A DNA stretch of 64,000 nucleotides. Source: Gammaproteobacteria bacterium. GTDB taxonomy: Bacteria > Pseudomonadota > Gammaproteobacteria > UWMA-0217. Both the position numbers and the translations under genes were made by a program. The DNA lies in contig JALSHZ010000114.1 of the NCBI GenBank assembly GCA_026981985.1, forward strand, positions 74,428-138,427. The letters run 5' to 3'. Positions within the stretch are counted from its first letter, which is position 1. Each line of letters begins with the position of its first letter. A model generated the notes under the pieces. It had not been told where the DNA came from and searched no databases. It saw nothing but the letters and a program-made list of their open reading frames with translations. Shown here piece after piece: positions 44,291-55,346 of the stretch.

Positions 44291-45517
44291 GTGGTGAAGA
44301 AGGAACAACATGATTTGCTGGTTGGGCTGGATATCGGCACATCCAAGGTTGTTGCCATTGTTGCCGAAGTGACCGAAGAGGGTGAGGTCGAGATCGTTGG
44401 CCTGGGATCCCATATTTCGCGTGGCATGAAAAAGGGTATCGTTGTCGATATCGAGTCGATCGTACAGGCGGTGCAGCGTGCCATCGAAGAGGCGGAGCTG
44501 ATGGCGGACTGCCAGGTTCATGGCGTCTACGCCGGGATCGCGGGCAGCCATATCAGCAGTCTCAATTCGCACGGCATGGTGGCGATCAAGGATCGTAACG
44601 AAATCACTGAGTCGGATGTCGAGCGAGTCATGGATGCGGCGCAGGCGGTGGCGTTGCCGGGTGAGCAGAAAGTGCTGCACGTGCTGGCACAGGAATACAT
44701 CATCGATGACCAGGAAGGCATTCGCGAGCCGGTCGGCATGTCGGGTGTCCGTCTGGATGCCAAGGTGCATCTCGTCACCGCAGCTGACAGCGCGGTGCAG
44801 AACATCGAGAAGTGCATTCGCCGCTGCGGGCTGGAGGTGGATGACATCATCGTCGAGCAGCTTGCTTCGAGCCATGCGGTATTGACCGAGGACGACAAGG
44901 AGCTGGGCGTTTGCCTGGTGGATATCGGTGCCGGTACCACCGATATCGCGGTATTCACCGACGGCGCGATCCGCCATACGGCGGTGATTCCGATTGCCGG
45001 TGACCAGGTCACCAACGATATCGCCGTTGCCCTGCGCACACCGACTCAGCATGCCGAAGACATCAAGATTCGCTATGGCTGCGCGCTGCGACAGCTGGCG
45101 GCCGATGACGACATGATCGAGGTTCCCGGGGTGGGTGAACGTCCACCGCGCAGCTTGTCGCGGCAGATGCTGGCGAGTGTCCTGGAGCCGCGCTACGAGG
45201 AGCTGTTCGAGCTCATTCGCGCTGAGCTGCAGAATGCCGGTTTTCTCGAAATGCTCGGTAGCGGCATTGTTCTTACCGGAGGCAGCGCAAAGATGGAAGG
45301 CGTCGAGGATCTGGCCGAAGAGGTGTTCCACATGCCGGTTCGGATCGAATCGCCAAAACATGTGAAGGGGCTTAGCGAAGTGGTCCGAAACCCGATTTAT
45401 TCGACCGGGGTAGGGCTGTTGCTCTATGGCCTGGAGGCGCGGAGCAGTGGTGTTTCCGCGGGCAAGGGGGAAATGAACCTGTGGATGCAGGTCAAGAAAT
45501 GGTTGGGAAGTTTTTGA
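44291..45517 (+). CDS. ftsA: Cell division protein FtsA (GTG start)
   Basis: LVVGLDIGTSKV actin-like phosphate-1 motif and a C-terminal amphipathic membrane-targeting helix (...WMQVKKWLGSF). Confidence 0.9.
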   Translation: MVKKEQHDLLVGLDIGTSKVVAIVAEVTEEGEVEIVGLGSHISRGMKKGIVVDIESIVQAVQRAIEEAELMADCQVHGVYAGIAGSHISSLNSHGMVAIKDRNEITESDVERVMDAAQAVALPGEQKVLHVLAQEYIIDDQEGIREPVGMSGVRLDAKVHLVTAADSAVQNIEKCIRRCGLEVDDIIVEQLASSHAVLTEDDKELGVCLVDIGAGTTDIAVFTDGAIRHTAVIPIAGDQVTNDIAVALRTPTQHAEDIKIRYGCALRQLAADDDMIEVPGVGERPPRSLSRQMLASVLEPRYEELFELIRAELQNAGFLEMLGSGIVLTGGSAKMEGVEDLAEEVFHMPVRIESPKHVKGLSEVVRNPIYSTGVGLLLYGLEARSSGVSAGKGEMNLWMQVKKWLGSF

Positions 45518-45555
45518 AATCAGACTCAGTTAGATGGTAACTGGAGGAGTACAAC

Positions 45556-46713
45556 GTGGTGTTTGAACTGATGGATACATACGAGCAAGGTGCAGTAATC
45601 AAGGTGATCGGTATTGGCGGCGGCGGTGGTAATGCCGTGCAGCACATGGTCGAGAGCCAAATCGAAGGCGTCGACTTCATCTGCGCCAACACAGACGCTC
45701 AGGCGCTCAAGGGGACGTCTGCCAAGACAATCCTGCAACTGGGTGGGAATATGACCAAGGGGCTCGGCGCGGGCGCGAACCCTGATATTGGTCGGCAGGC
45801 GGCGATCGAGGACAAGGCCCGCCTCGAAGAGGTGATCGAAGGGGCGGATATGCTGTTCATTACCGCTGGCATGGGCGGTGGTACGGGGACCGGTGGTGCG
45901 CCGGTTGTAGCTGAACTGGCACGTGATATGGGTGTGCTGACGGTGGCTGTGGTGACCAAGCCGTTCCCGTTCGAGGGTGCCAAGCGCGCCAAAATCGCCG
46001 AGGAGGGGATTGAGGAACTATCGAAGTATGTCGACTCCCTGATCACGATTCCCAATGCCAAGCTACTGAAAGTGCTGGGTAAAGGTGTCAGCTTGCTGGA
46101 TGCCTTCAAAGAGGCGAATAACGTGTTGTTAGGGGCGGTTCAGGGGATTGCCGAGTTGATTACCCGCCCGGGCCTGATCAATGTTGATTTTGCTGATGTA
46201 CGCACCGTTATGGCCGAGATGGGCATGGCGATGATGGGCTCCGGTGTTGGTCAGGGCCAGGATCGGGCGCAGGAGGCGGCGGAAGCGGCCATTTCGAGCC
46301 CGCTGCTCGAAGATATTGATATCGCTGGTGCGCGAGGCATTCTCGTCAATGTCACTGCTGGCATGGATATTTCGATCGAGGAGTTCGAGCGTGTCGGTAG
46401 CACGGTAAGAGAGTTTTCTGACCCTGAAGCCACGATTGTGGTAGGCACCGTAATCGACCCTGACATGTCGGGTGAGCTACGAGTTACCGTGGTTGCGACG
46501 GGTCTGGAGTCTGAGCAGTCCATCGATGCCGTTGAACCAGCCGAGAAAATGAGCGTCATCGATGGCGGCGCAGCGGTCCTCAATGCCGGGGGCAATGTTG
46601 CCAGCATGAAAGCGCGCACCCCTGTTGAAGCCGTTGCTGCTGGCAAGGGGCTGAAAGAGAAGGACATGGCGATCCTCGATATCCCTTCTTTCCTGCGCAA
46701 GCAGGCGGATTAG
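45556..46713 (+). CDS. ftsZ: Cell division GTPase FtsZ (GTG start, GGAGGA RBS)
   Basis: GIGGGGGNAV tubulin signature, T7 loop and a conserved C-terminal peptide DIPSFLRKQAD. Confidence 0.95.
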   Translation: MVFELMDTYEQGAVIKVIGIGGGGGNAVQHMVESQIEGVDFICANTDAQALKGTSAKTILQLGGNMTKGLGAGANPDIGRQAAIEDKARLEEVIEGADMLFITAGMGGGTGTGGAPVVAELARDMGVLTVAVVTKPFPFEGAKRAKIAEEGIEELSKYVDSLITIPNAKLLKVLGKGVSLLDAFKEANNVLLGAVQGIAELITRPGLINVDFADVRTVMAEMGMAMMGSGVGQGQDRAQEAAEAAISSPLLEDIDIAGARGILVNVTAGMDISIEEFERVGSTVREFSDPEATIVVGTVIDPDMSGELRVTVVATGLESEQSIDAVEPAEKMSVIDGGAAVLNAGGNVASMKARTPVEAVAAGKGLKEKDMAILDIPSFLRKQAD

Positions 46714-46891
46714 CCAGAGCAACCCGCCAGTACAAGATCGTGGCTGGGCGGGGTTCTCAGACCAAGTGTTGTTTATTTGATACAAAACGGGTAGACCCTA
46801 GTGGCATTTTTAATACAGTTGTGTACAATGCCTCCCATCCATCCGCATGGCCGTGGGCCATGCGGGTAACCGTAACAGTCGGGTTCAGCCA

Positions 46892-47806
46892 ATGATTAAT
46901 CAAAGAACACTCAAAAATTGCATTAAGGCCACTGGGATTGGCGTTCATACCGGTGACAAGGTCACATTGGAGTTGCGTCCCGCGCCGGTCAATACCGGCA
47001 TTGTTTTTCGTCGCACCGATTTGCTGCCTCCGGTCGAGATCAAGGCAACCGCCGAAAACGTGGGCGACACCTCGTTGTCGACAACACTCATTGCCGATGG
47101 TGTACGGATTTCGACGGTTGAGCATTTGCTCTCCGCAGCAGCCGGGCTTGGCATCGACAACATGTACGTCGATGTGAGCAGTCCTGAAGTGCCGATCATG
47201 GATGGCAGCGCCGCACCGTTCGTGTTTCTGCTGCAATCGGCAGGCGTTGAAGAGCAGTCCGCCGCCAAGCGTTTTATCCGCATTCGCAAGCGCATCAAGG
47301 TGGAAGATGGCGACAAGTGGGCCGCATTCGAACCCTACGATGGTTTCAAGGTTGGTTTCTACATCGATTTCGATCATCCGGCTTTTTCCGAAGATGCGCG
47401 CTTTGAAGAGCTGGACTTCACGTCCACCTCGTTCGTCAAGGAAATCAGCCGGGCCCGCACCTTTGGTTTCATGCGTGACATCGAAATGCTGCGCAGCCGA
47501 AACCTGGCGATGGGCGGCAGCCCGGACAATGCGATCGTCCTCGACGATTTCCGCGTTCTGAACGAAGATGGGTTGCGTTATGAGAATGAATTTGTTCGTC
47601 ACAAGATTCTCGATGCCGTGGGCGATATCTACCTGCTCGGGCATAGCCTGATTGGTGCCTTCCGTGGTCACAAGTCTGGTCACAAACTGAACAACCTGTT
47701 GCTCCGTGAACTGCTGCAACAGCAGGATGCCTGGGAAGAAGTGACGTTCGACGAGCGTAGCGAGGTTCCTGAATCCTATGTCTCAGGGTTCGAATTTGCT
47801 TCGTAG
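46892..47806 (+). CDS. lpxC: UDP-3-O-acyl-GlcNAc deacetylase. The ATG at 46892 gives MINQRTLKN...
   Basis: Near-identity to LpxC throughout (...TIEHLLSA..GLGIDN..). Confidence 0.9.
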   Translation: MINQRTLKNCIKATGIGVHTGDKVTLELRPAPVNTGIVFRRTDLLPPVEIKATAENVGDTSLSTTLIADGVRISTVEHLLSAAAGLGIDNMYVDVSSPEVPIMDGSAAPFVFLLQSAGVEEQSAAKRFIRIRKRIKVEDGDKWAAFEPYDGFKVGFYIDFDHPAFSEDARFEELDFTSTSFVKEISRARTFGFMRDIEMLRSRNLAMGGSPDNAIVLDDFRVLNEDGLRYENEFVRHKILDAVGDIYLLGHSLIGAFRGHKSGHKLNNLLLRELLQQQDAWEEVTFDERSEVPESYVSGFEFAS

Positions 47807-47877
47807 CCGCAATCTCCAACCAATCGATTCTCGTCGAGTAGGCATCAGCCTGCTCGACTGACGCCTTCCGCAACTTG

Positions 47878-48267
47878 TTATTCTTCCTTCAAGTTCTTCA
47901 ACACCCTCCGTAACCGCTCCCGGTCAAGACGTTCCTGCTCTGATGCGGGTGGTTGGTGCTGTTGTCTCTGCATTCGTTGCCCCGGCCGTGATTCTGACGC
48001 TTGACTGATACGGATTCGCGTGCGGTGAATGTCGATGCCATGCTGTTGCCGGAGCGCTCGTTGCAAGCTCGCTGCATGAAAGCGGATATTCGATGCGACC
48101 GACTGTTTCGACACAATCAGCGTCAGGCAGCCGTTGTCGATATCTCCCACCTTTACCCACTGCCCATATTCGGCGGGTAGTGAGTCTTCGACGGTACGCT
48201 GAAACTGTTTGATACGCCGGAGTTTTTGCGCGAACTCTGGCGGCAGAAACTTGTCAAAATGTTTCAT
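47878..48267 (-). CDS. dciA: DUF721 / DciA-like protein (putative replicative-helicase operator). The start at 48267 (MKHFDKF...) is preferred; the ORF-track start at 48375 is an alternative.
   Basis: DUF721-like pattern ...RRIKQFQRTVEDSLPAEYGQWVKVGDIDNGCLTLIVSKQSVASNIRFHAASLQRALRQ..GIDIHRTRIRI. DciA commonly sits opposite-strand between lpxC and secA in non-enteric gammaproteobacteria. Confidence 0.5.
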   Translation of the reverse strand: MKHFDKFLPPEFAQKLRRIKQFQRTVEDSLPAEYGQWVKVGDIDNGCLTLIVSKQSVASNIRFHAASLQRALRQQHGIDIHRTRIRISQASESRPGQRMQRQQHQPPASEQERLDRERLRRVLKNLKEE

Positions 48268-48334
48268 GGTGGTAATGTGGCCGGGTATTCCCTTGATTGA
48301 TTCTTGTGGAATCATGTCACATTTTTGAGCTAAG

Positions 48335-49324
48335 ATGCTGCCGAACCCTGCCGAGACGACCGATAAACTGACCATGCAGCGACATAAATCAACCCTGATT
48401 CATTACCGTACCGGGCCGCGTGACAGTTGGTGGTATGTACCGTCCATGCTCTTCGGGGGCGGCCTGGTGATCGTGCTGGCGATGGCGATTGGTTACTACT
48501 GGGGAAGCCACATTCAACCCCGACAATATGTCGAGCAGTTTCGGGAAGATATTGAAAAACAATGGAAAATGCTTGAAGGCGTCGAGATGGATGTTAATGC
48601 CGACATGGATGCGCTAACGCATCGGATCGGCATGCTGCAAGCCCATGTGACACGTCTCAATGCGCTCGGTAGTAAAATGGTGGCGATGGCCAAACTCAAG
48701 CCAGGTGAGTTCGACTTTGAAGAAGTTCCGGCGATGGGTGGTTTGGGCGAAGATGTCAACCAGGCCAATATGGCCAGTGATAGCATTACCAAGGTGCTGG
48801 AGCGGTTGGAGCTGGCTTTGATGGAGAAAGAGCAGCAGCTTCACTATCTTGATGAAATGATGCTATCGAAGAATCTCCAGGATGAAGTCAAGCCGAAAGG
48901 CACACCGGTAACAGAAGGCTGGATATCGTCTCGCTATGGTTATCGGACAGATCCGTTCACCGGCAAGCGCCAATTTCATCGTGGCATTGATTTTGCCGGG
49001 CGCAAAGGTACGCCAATCTATTCTGCTGCGGGCGGCATTGTCATCAGCGCGGAAAAACATCCCCAATACGGTAATCTGGTCGAAATAGATCACCGAAATG
49101 GCTATGTCACTCGCTATGCCCACACCTCGGAAATGCTGGTCAAGGCTGGCGACGTCGTCAAGAAAGGGCAGCAGATTGCCAAGATGGGTAGCACGGGCCG
49201 CTCGACAGGAACGCACCTGCATTTCGAAGTGATCAAGAACGGATCACCGACCAATCCGGCGCGTATTCTGGAAAAACGCAAACAGGCCACTCAAGCGAAG
49301 AAAAAGGCCGCTGACGAGGGATGA
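48335..49324 (+). CDS. M23-family metallopeptidase (N-terminal TM and coiled coil, C-terminal LytM domain). The start may instead be at 48374.
   Basis: HRGIDFAG..GTPIYSAAGGIV...HTSE..V..GD.V..GQ.IA.MGSTGRSTGTHLHFEV are the LytM/M23 zinc-ligand motifs (HxxxD...HxH). Confidence 0.75.
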   Translation: MLPNPAETTDKLTMQRHKSTLIHYRTGPRDSWWYVPSMLFGGGLVIVLAMAIGYYWGSHIQPRQYVEQFREDIEKQWKMLEGVEMDVNADMDALTHRIGMLQAHVTRLNALGSKMVAMAKLKPGEFDFEEVPAMGGLGEDVNQANMASDSITKVLERLELALMEKEQQLHYLDEMMLSKNLQDEVKPKGTPVTEGWISSRYGYRTDPFTGKRQFHRGIDFAGRKGTPIYSAAGGIVISAEKHPQYGNLVEIDHRNGYVTRYAHTSEMLVKAGDVVKKGQQIAKMGSTGRSTGTHLHFEVIKNGSPTNPARILEKRKQATQAKKKAADEG

Positions 49325-49567
49325 TTGCAGTACGCAATCGCTGCGCACCCCGTAACTACCGTGTTCCTTTTTTGTAGTAGCTGCCTTTTCTGAGATCACC
49401 ACGACAACCCCTCCTGGTATCGCCCGATGTGGCGCCCGCATGTTCCCTCCACCTTCTGATTTATCAAGCCGAAGCGTCATCCGAACGGGTTTCCACTGCT
49501 AACACTTAGGCTTGTCTCCCCGTATGCGCTATTATTACGTCCCTTTGGAAATCCAGATCTGAGGACA

Positions 49568-52279
49568 ATGCTAGGATCAATCACGAAGAAGATTTTTGGC
49601 AGCCGCAATGACAGGCTGATCCGGCAGTACAGCAAGACCGTCGAGAAGGTCAACGCTTTCGAGCCGGAGATGGAGAAGCTCTCCGATGCCGAGTTGCAGG
49701 CGAAGACGGCCGAATTTCGATCCCGCCTCGACAACGACGAGACATTGGATAGTCTCCTGCCCGAGGCCTTCGCGGTTGTTCGTGAAGCGGCGAAGCGTGT
49801 TCTGGGTATGCGCCACTACGATGTGCAACTCATTGGCGGCATGGTGCTGCACGACGGTAAGATTGCCGAGATGCGCACAGGTGAAGGCAAGACGCTGGTG
49901 TCCACGCTGGCCGCTTACCTCAATGCCTTGCCTGGCAAAGGTGTCCACATCATTACCGTCAACGACTATCTGGCCAAGCGTGATGCGGGCTGGATGGGCA
50001 AGGTGCATGAGTTTCTGGGTATGGCGGTCGGTGTCGTCGTCGCTCAGATGGAGCATGAGGAGAAAAAAGCCGCCTACGCTGCCGATATCACCTATGGAAC
50101 GAACAACGAGTTTGGTTTCGACTATCTGCGCGACAACATGGCGTTTTCGCTGGATGCGAAGGTTCAGCGTGGGCTCAACTACGCGATCATCGACGAAGTT
50201 GATTCGATTCTGATCGATGAGGCGCGGACGCCGCTGATCATTTCCGGCCCGACCAATGAAACCTCCGAACTCTATCTTGCGCTGAACGAAATCGCGCCGA
50301 AGCTGACACGCCAGGAAACCGAGGAGTCAGAGGGTGACTATTTCGTCGACGAGAAAGCGCGGCAGGTGTTCATTTCCGAGCAGGGGCATGACAAGGTGGA
50401 AGAGCTGCTGGTCGAAGCTGGTCTGCTTCAGGAAGGAGACAGTCTCTACAACCCCGCAAATATCGCCACGTTGCACCATCTGAATGCCGCACTGAAAGCG
50501 CATGCGCTATTTCAGCGCAACGTCGACTATATCGTCAGCAATGGCGAGATCGTGATCGTCGACGAGTTCACCGGCCGCACCATGCCGGGGCGACGCTGGT
50601 CCGAAGGCCTGCATCAGGCCATCGAAGCCAAGGAAGGTGTTGCCATCCAGCCGGAAAATCAGACGCTGGCATCGATCACCTTTCAGAACTATTTCCGCAT
50701 GTACGACAAGCTGTCGGGCATGACGGGTACTGCTGATACTGAAGCCTTCGAATTCCAGCAGATCTATAACCTTGAAGTGGTGGTGATCCCGACCAACAAG
50801 GAGATGATCCGCGACGACAAGAATGACCTGATCTACCTGCACGAAAAGGACAAGTATCAGGCAATGGTCGATGACATCAAGCGCTGTATTGCCGCTGGGC
50901 AACCGGTACTCGTGGGTACAGCGTCGATCGAGACCTCTGAAATCGTGTCCGAATTCCTGAAAAAGGAGGGTATTCCGCACGAGCTGCTGAACGCCAAACA
51001 GCACGAGCGGGAAGCGCATATCGTGGCCCAGGCCGGCAAGGCCGGATCGGTAACCATCGCCACCAATATGGCCGGTCGGGGTACCGATATTGTACTCGGC
51101 GGCAGCCTTCAGGCCGACCTCGATGCGTTGGGTGACGATGCGACAGCGGAGCAAATCGAGAAGGTCAAGGCCGAGTGGCAGAAGCGTCACGATGCCGTCG
51201 TCGCAGCCGGTGGTTTGCACATCATCGGTACCGAGCGTCACGAGTCGCGGCGGATCGACAACCAGTTGCGTGGTCGTGCGGGACGGCAGGGCGATCCGGG
51301 TTCCAGCCGCTTCTATATTTCACTGGAAGACAACCTGATGCGGATCTTCGCTTCCGACCGGATGCGGGGATTGATGCAGCGGCTCGGCATGGATGATGGT
51401 GAGGCGATCGAAAACTCGATGGTGACGAAATCGATCGAGAATGCGCAGCGCAAGGTCGAGGCGCACAACTTCGATATTCGTAAAAACCTGCTCGACTACG
51501 ACAATGTGGCCAATGATCAGCGCAAGGTCATCTACCAGCAGCGCGACGAGATTCTTGCTGCCGATGACATCAAGGAGCAGGTGCGAGGCATTATCGAAGA
51601 TGCGATCGCCAATCGCTTCTATGAATTCATCCCACCCGGCAGCATCGAGGAGCAGTGGGATGTCGAAGGGCTTGAGGAAGCGCTGAAAAGCGATTTTGAG
51701 CTGGATTTACCGATCCGTAAATGGCTCGAAGAAGACAGCAGCCTGCACGAGGAAACCCTGCTCGACAAGTTGGTCGAAGAGGCTGAAAAAGTCTATGCAG
51801 CAAAAGAGGAACGCTATGGCGACGAACTGATGCGCCAGATCGAGCGGGACCTGATGCTGCAAATCGTCGACAACCACTGGAAGGAGCATCTGGCGGCGAT
51901 GGACTATTTGCGCCAGAGCATCGGCTTGCGTGGCTATGCGCAGAAAGATCCGAAGCAGGAATATAAGCGCGAGGCCTTCGAACTGTTCCAGAACCTGCTG
52001 GAGCGGATCAAACATGATGTCGCGTCGGTGTTGTTCAGATTACAGATCCAGGGCGAACAGGATCTGCCGCAGCATCCCAGTGAGGAAGAGGTTGAGCGTC
52101 AGATGGAGTTCTCCCATCCTGATGCCCAGAGCGCACTGGTGGCTGACGAGTCGGCGACTGAAGCACCGCCGCCGGAAGCGGAACCCTTCAAGCGAGATAC
52201 GCCCAAGGTGGGACGCAACGAACCCTGCCCCTGCGGTTCCGGCAAGAAATACAAACATTGCCACGGCAAGCTCGCCTGA
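49568..52279 (+). CDS. secA: Preprotein translocase ATPase SecA, 903 aa
   Basis: DEAD-like motor motifs and the C-terminal zinc finger [14 protein letters not shown]. Confidence 0.95.
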   Translation: MLGSITKKIFGSRNDRLIRQYSKTVEKVNAFEPEMEKLSDAELQAKTAEFRSRLDNDETLDSLLPEAFAVVREAAKRVLGMRHYDVQLIGGMVLHDGKIAEMRTGEGKTLVSTLAAYLNALPGKGVHIITVNDYLAKRDAGWMGKVHEFLGMAVGVVVAQMEHEEKKAAYAADITYGTNNEFGFDYLRDNMAFSLDAKVQRGLNYAIIDEVDSILIDEARTPLIISGPTNETSELYLALNEIAPKLTRQETEESEGDYFVDEKARQVFISEQGHDKVEELLVEAGLLQEGDSLYNPANIATLHHLNAALKAHALFQRNVDYIVSNGEIVIVDEFTGRTMPGRRWSEGLHQAIEAKEGVAIQPENQTLASITFQNYFRMYDKLSGMTGTADTEAFEFQQIYNLEVVVIPTNKEMIRDDKNDLIYLHEKDKYQAMVDDIKRCIAAGQPVLVGTASIETSEIVSEFLKKEGIPHELLNAKQHEREAHIVAQAGKAGSVTIATNMAGRGTDIVLGGSLQADLDALGDDATAEQIEKVKAEWQKRHDAVVAAGGLHIIGTERHESRRIDNQLRGRAGRQGDPGSSRFYISLEDNLMRIFASDRMRGLMQRLGMDDGEAIENSMVTKSIENAQRKVEAHNFDIRKNLLDYDNVANDQRKVIYQQRDEILAADDIKEQVRGIIEDAIANRFYEFIPPGSIEEQWDVEGLEEALKSDFELDLPIRKWLEEDSSLHEETLLDKLVEEAEKVYAAKEERYGDELMRQIERDLMLQIVDNHWKEHLAAMDYLRQSIGLRGYAQKDPKQEYKREAFELFQNLLERIKHDVASVLFRLQIQGEQDLPQHPSEEEVERQMEFSHPDAQSALVADESATEAPPPEAEPFKRDTPKVGRNEPCPCGSGKKYKHCHGKLA

Positions 52280-52369
52280 GAAACTCATGGAGCAGGTTTT
52301 TCCCATAGGATGGGCGCGCTGCCCACTTGGGAGACACCGCTACTCACGATAGATCGAGGAGGCATACGC

Positions 52370-53584
52370 ATGGCCGTTGGCATCGAATCTGTTACCGAAC
52401 TCCCCGCGATTGCCGGGGTGCGTGTGGCCAGCACCAGCGCTGGCATCCGTTATCAGGGGCGAGATGATCTCGTGTTGTTCGAGTTTGCGGCTGGCACACA
52501 GCTTGGTGCTGTTTTTACCCGCAACCGCTTTTGCGCCGCACCGGTGACCGTCGCGCGGCGTCATCTCGAAGCGGCACCGCCGCGTTATCTGCTGATCAAT
52601 TCGGGCAATGCCAATGCCGGCACTGGCATGGAGGGGGTGCTCGCTGCGGAAGCCTGTTGCAGCGCTGTCGCGGCGCTTGGTGGCTGTGATGCCGAGGCCG
52701 TTTTGCCGTTTTCCACCGGCGTGATCGGTGAGCAGCTGCCGATCGCTGTGGTTGAAGCGGCATTGCCGTCGCTGTTTGCCGGCTTGCGCGATGATGGCTG
52801 GGTGGCAGCAGCGCATGCCATCATGACGACCGATACCGTGGCCAAGGGTTGCAGTCGTGTCATCGATATCGGTGGCAAGGAGGTCACGATCAGCGGTATC
52901 GTCAAAGGAGCGGGCATGATTCGGCCCGACATGGCGACCATGCTCAGTTTTATTGCCACCGATGCGGCCGTGCCGGCGGCGCTGTTGCAGCGCTGGGTTG
53001 GCGAAGGGGTGGCGCAGAGCTTCAACTGTGTCACCGTCGATGGTGATACCTCGACCAATGACGCTTGCGTGGTTGCGGCAACGGGCGCTTCTGGCATCCA
53101 GGTTGTGGACGATAACTCGGATGGCGAGGCTTTTCGCGATGCGTTATTCAGCCTGATGCGTGAACTGGCGCAGGCAATGATTCGCGATGGTGAGGGGGCG
53201 ACCAAGTTCGTCACCATCAGCGTCGAAGGGGCTGGATCGGTGGGTGAGGCGAGGGAAGTCGCGTTTACCGTGGCGCATTCGCCGCTGGTCAAGACGGCGT
53301 TGTTCGCCAGTGATCCCAACTGGGGGCGGATATTGGCCGCGGTAGGACGTGCGCCGATCGATACCCTGAATATCGCTGCGGTCGATATCTGGCTGGACGA
53401 AGTTGCGGTGATTCAGGGTGGCGAACCGGCGCCTGGTTACACGGAAGCAAAGGGGCAAGCCGTCATGGACCAGGATGAGATTCTGATTCGCATTGGTCTT
53501 GGCAACGGTAACCAGCGCGCGACAATCTGGACCTCTGATCTTTCCTACGATTACGTCAAGATCAACGCCGACTACCGTTCCTGA
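52370..53584 (+). CDS. argJ: Bifunctional ornithine acetyltransferase / N-acetylglutamate synthase ArgJ. Start at 52370 (MAVGIES...).
   Basis: Autoproteolytic site ...ATML(S/T)... appears as PDMATMLSFIATDA, with the ArgJ fold throughout. Confidence 0.85.
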   Translation: MAVGIESVTELPAIAGVRVASTSAGIRYQGRDDLVLFEFAAGTQLGAVFTRNRFCAAPVTVARRHLEAAPPRYLLINSGNANAGTGMEGVLAAEACCSAVAALGGCDAEAVLPFSTGVIGEQLPIAVVEAALPSLFAGLRDDGWVAAAHAIMTTDTVAKGCSRVIDIGGKEVTISGIVKGAGMIRPDMATMLSFIATDAAVPAALLQRWVGEGVAQSFNCVTVDGDTSTNDACVVAATGASGIQVVDDNSDGEAFRDALFSLMRELAQAMIRDGEGATKFVTISVEGAGSVGEAREVAFTVAHSPLVKTALFASDPNWGRILAAVGRAPIDTLNIAAVDIWLDEVAVIQGGEPAPGYTEAKGQAVMDQDEILIRIGLGNGNQRATIWTSDLSYDYVKINADYRS

Positions 53585-53586
53585 TC

Positions 53587-54528
53587 ATGCCGCGAATCCA
53601 CGTCGCAGTCGGCGTCATTGTCGGGTCAGACGGAAGAATCCTGCTCAGTCGCCGCCCGGCGCATGTTCATCAGGGAGGAAAGTGGGAGTTCCCCGGTGGC
53701 AAGGTCGAGCCCGGTGAAACGGTTGCCGAGGCGCTGTCGCGGGAACTGTGGGAAGAGTTGGGCATCATCCCGGTCGATGCCCGGCCCTTGATCCAGATTC
53801 CATGGCGCTATCCGGATCTCGATGTTTTTCTCGATGTGTGGCGAGTTGAGCGTTTCGAAGGGAAGCCGTCCGGTCGTGAAGGGCAGCAGTTGGATTGGTG
53901 TGAAGCCGGGCGACTGGCGGAGCGTGACTTTCCGGCCGCCAACAAGCCGATCGTCGCAGCAGCAAGTTTGCCGGCACAGATCGTCATCACTCCCGAAAAT
54001 GCACAGCTGGAAGCTGGCTTTGAACAGCGGCTAGCGCGTCTGGCAGCTGCCGGTCGCCGCATCCATCTGCGCCTGCCGGGACTGGCGCCTGAAGCCTATT
54101 CGGCGCTGCTGGATCGCCTTCGCCAGCGTAATCCCGGTTTGATGGCGCAGCTGGTGCTGACTTCTACCGCCGATGAGGTGAGCCGCGTTGGAGCCGCCGG
54201 CTTGCATCTGTCAGCACGACGGATGATGGCGCTGAAAGATCCGCTGCCGGGCGATATTGCCGTCTCGGTGTCTTGTCATTCTGCCGAGGAGCTGCGCCAG
54301 GCTGAGGCCATTGGCGCGCACTACGCATTTCTGTCTCCCGTTATGGCTACCAAAACCCACCCTGAAGCCGCGCCGCTGGGCTGGGAACGCTTTGCCGGCT
54401 GGGTCAGGGATAGCATCGTACCGGTCTATGCATTGGGCGGGATGGATAGCACCTGCCTGGCGGATGCCTGGCAGCATGGCGCTCAGGGTATCGCGGCTAT
54501 CAGGGGGCTGTGGCAGTTGCCGGGTTGA
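53587..54528 (+). CDS. mutT: NUDIX hydrolase (MutT-like 8-oxo-dGTPase) fused to a C-terminal ThiE/TenI-like thiamine-phosphate-synthase-fold domain, 313 aa
   Basis: The Nudix box is GGKVEPGETVAEALSRELWEELGI. The C-terminal 180 aa show a TIM-barrel ThiE/TenI-like pattern (...YAFLSPV..T.TKTHPEAAPLGWE.F...VYALGGM...). The same fusion is known in pseudomonads. Confidence 0.75.
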   Translation: MPRIHVAVGVIVGSDGRILLSRRPAHVHQGGKWEFPGGKVEPGETVAEALSRELWEELGIIPVDARPLIQIPWRYPDLDVFLDVWRVERFEGKPSGREGQQLDWCEAGRLAERDFPAANKPIVAAASLPAQIVITPENAQLEAGFEQRLARLAAAGRRIHLRLPGLAPEAYSALLDRLRQRNPGLMAQLVLTSTADEVSRVGAAGLHLSARRMMALKDPLPGDIAVSVSCHSAEELRQAEAIGAHYAFLSPVMATKTHPEAAPLGWERFAGWVRDSIVPVYALGGMDSTCLADAWQHGAQGIAAIRGLWQLPG

Positions 54529-54534
54529 TGCCGC

Positions 54535-55332
54535 TCATATTCCGCAGAAGCGGATTTCGAAGGTGATGGTCTCTCGTGTCTGCCCAGGGCGTTCGGACAA
54601 GTCTTTCGGGTCGAAAAAGCGGATGCTGAATCGTTGTCGCCCGGAGCTGACTTCCGGATAGCAGGGGAGATCGGCTGGCACGCAGATCTGCAATAGCTGA
54701 ATCGAGTCGGTGGGTGCAAGTATTTGCTCGAAGTAGCCATGCTCCGCACGCAGCGTTTCGGTGCGATGATTGTTTCGGGTAATGCTGAGAATCTGGCGCA
54801 CGACATCGTTGTAGCGGAAATAAGCGTCGGCCCAGTTGTTCAGCAGCGCGGCTCTGATGTCGTGTGGCTGGGTCAGCCAATGGTGGTAGACCGGCAGGTC
54901 GAAGGAATTGATACCACCGGGCATGAGAATGCGCTGCCGAATCAGATTGAAGAAGTGGTGGTTGCGCAGTTGCGCGCCAAGTTGGCCATGTATGTTATGA
55001 ACCTGCTTGATGCCATCCGACTGCAATGTCTCGATCTTCTCCACACAGTGCGCATCGAATGCCTCGCCTCCATCTTCCAGCGCCTTGCCCAGGCGGTCGA
55101 TTTCCCGCAGGGCTTCCGCTTTCAGGTCGACATGCATGCTGTGCTGGTAGAGATCCAGCAGTGCGACCATGGCCGCATGCGCGCCGCCTGGTGTGGCTTG
55201 CTGCAAGCTCCATTCAAAGCGCTCCATCAGCTGCTCGTAACGCAGGAACAGCCTGATGGGCTTGCTCAGTGGCTGTTCGTAGCAGGTTTGTGTGCTGGTC
55301 ACGGGGTGATTGCGTCGAATTGAGAAGGTCAA
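54535..55332 (-). CDS. zapD: Cell division protein ZapD (YacF)
   Basis: The C-terminal half ...PGGINSFDLPVYHHWL...GYFEQ...RFSIRF... aligns with E. coli ZapD (GGCCSFDLP..HIWL...QLYPQ..RFAIRF). Confidence 0.75.
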   Translation of the reverse strand: MTFSIRRNHPVTSTQTCYEQPLSKPIRLFLRYEQLMERFEWSLQQATPGGAHAAMVALLDLYQHSMHVDLKAEALREIDRLGKALEDGGEAFDAHCVEKIETLQSDGIKQVHNIHGQLGAQLRNHHFFNLIRQRILMPGGINSFDLPVYHHWLTQPHDIRAALLNNWADAYFRYNDVVRQILSITRNNHRTETLRAEHGYFEQILAPTDSIQLLQICVPADLPCYPEVSSGRQRFSIRFFDPKDLSERPGQTRETITFEIRFCGI

Positions 55333-55346
55333 CAGGTTAGCAGAGC

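Noticed and set aside
46757-47719. 320-aa minus-strand ORF
   Set aside because: It is antisense to lpxC, which has unambiguous homology.
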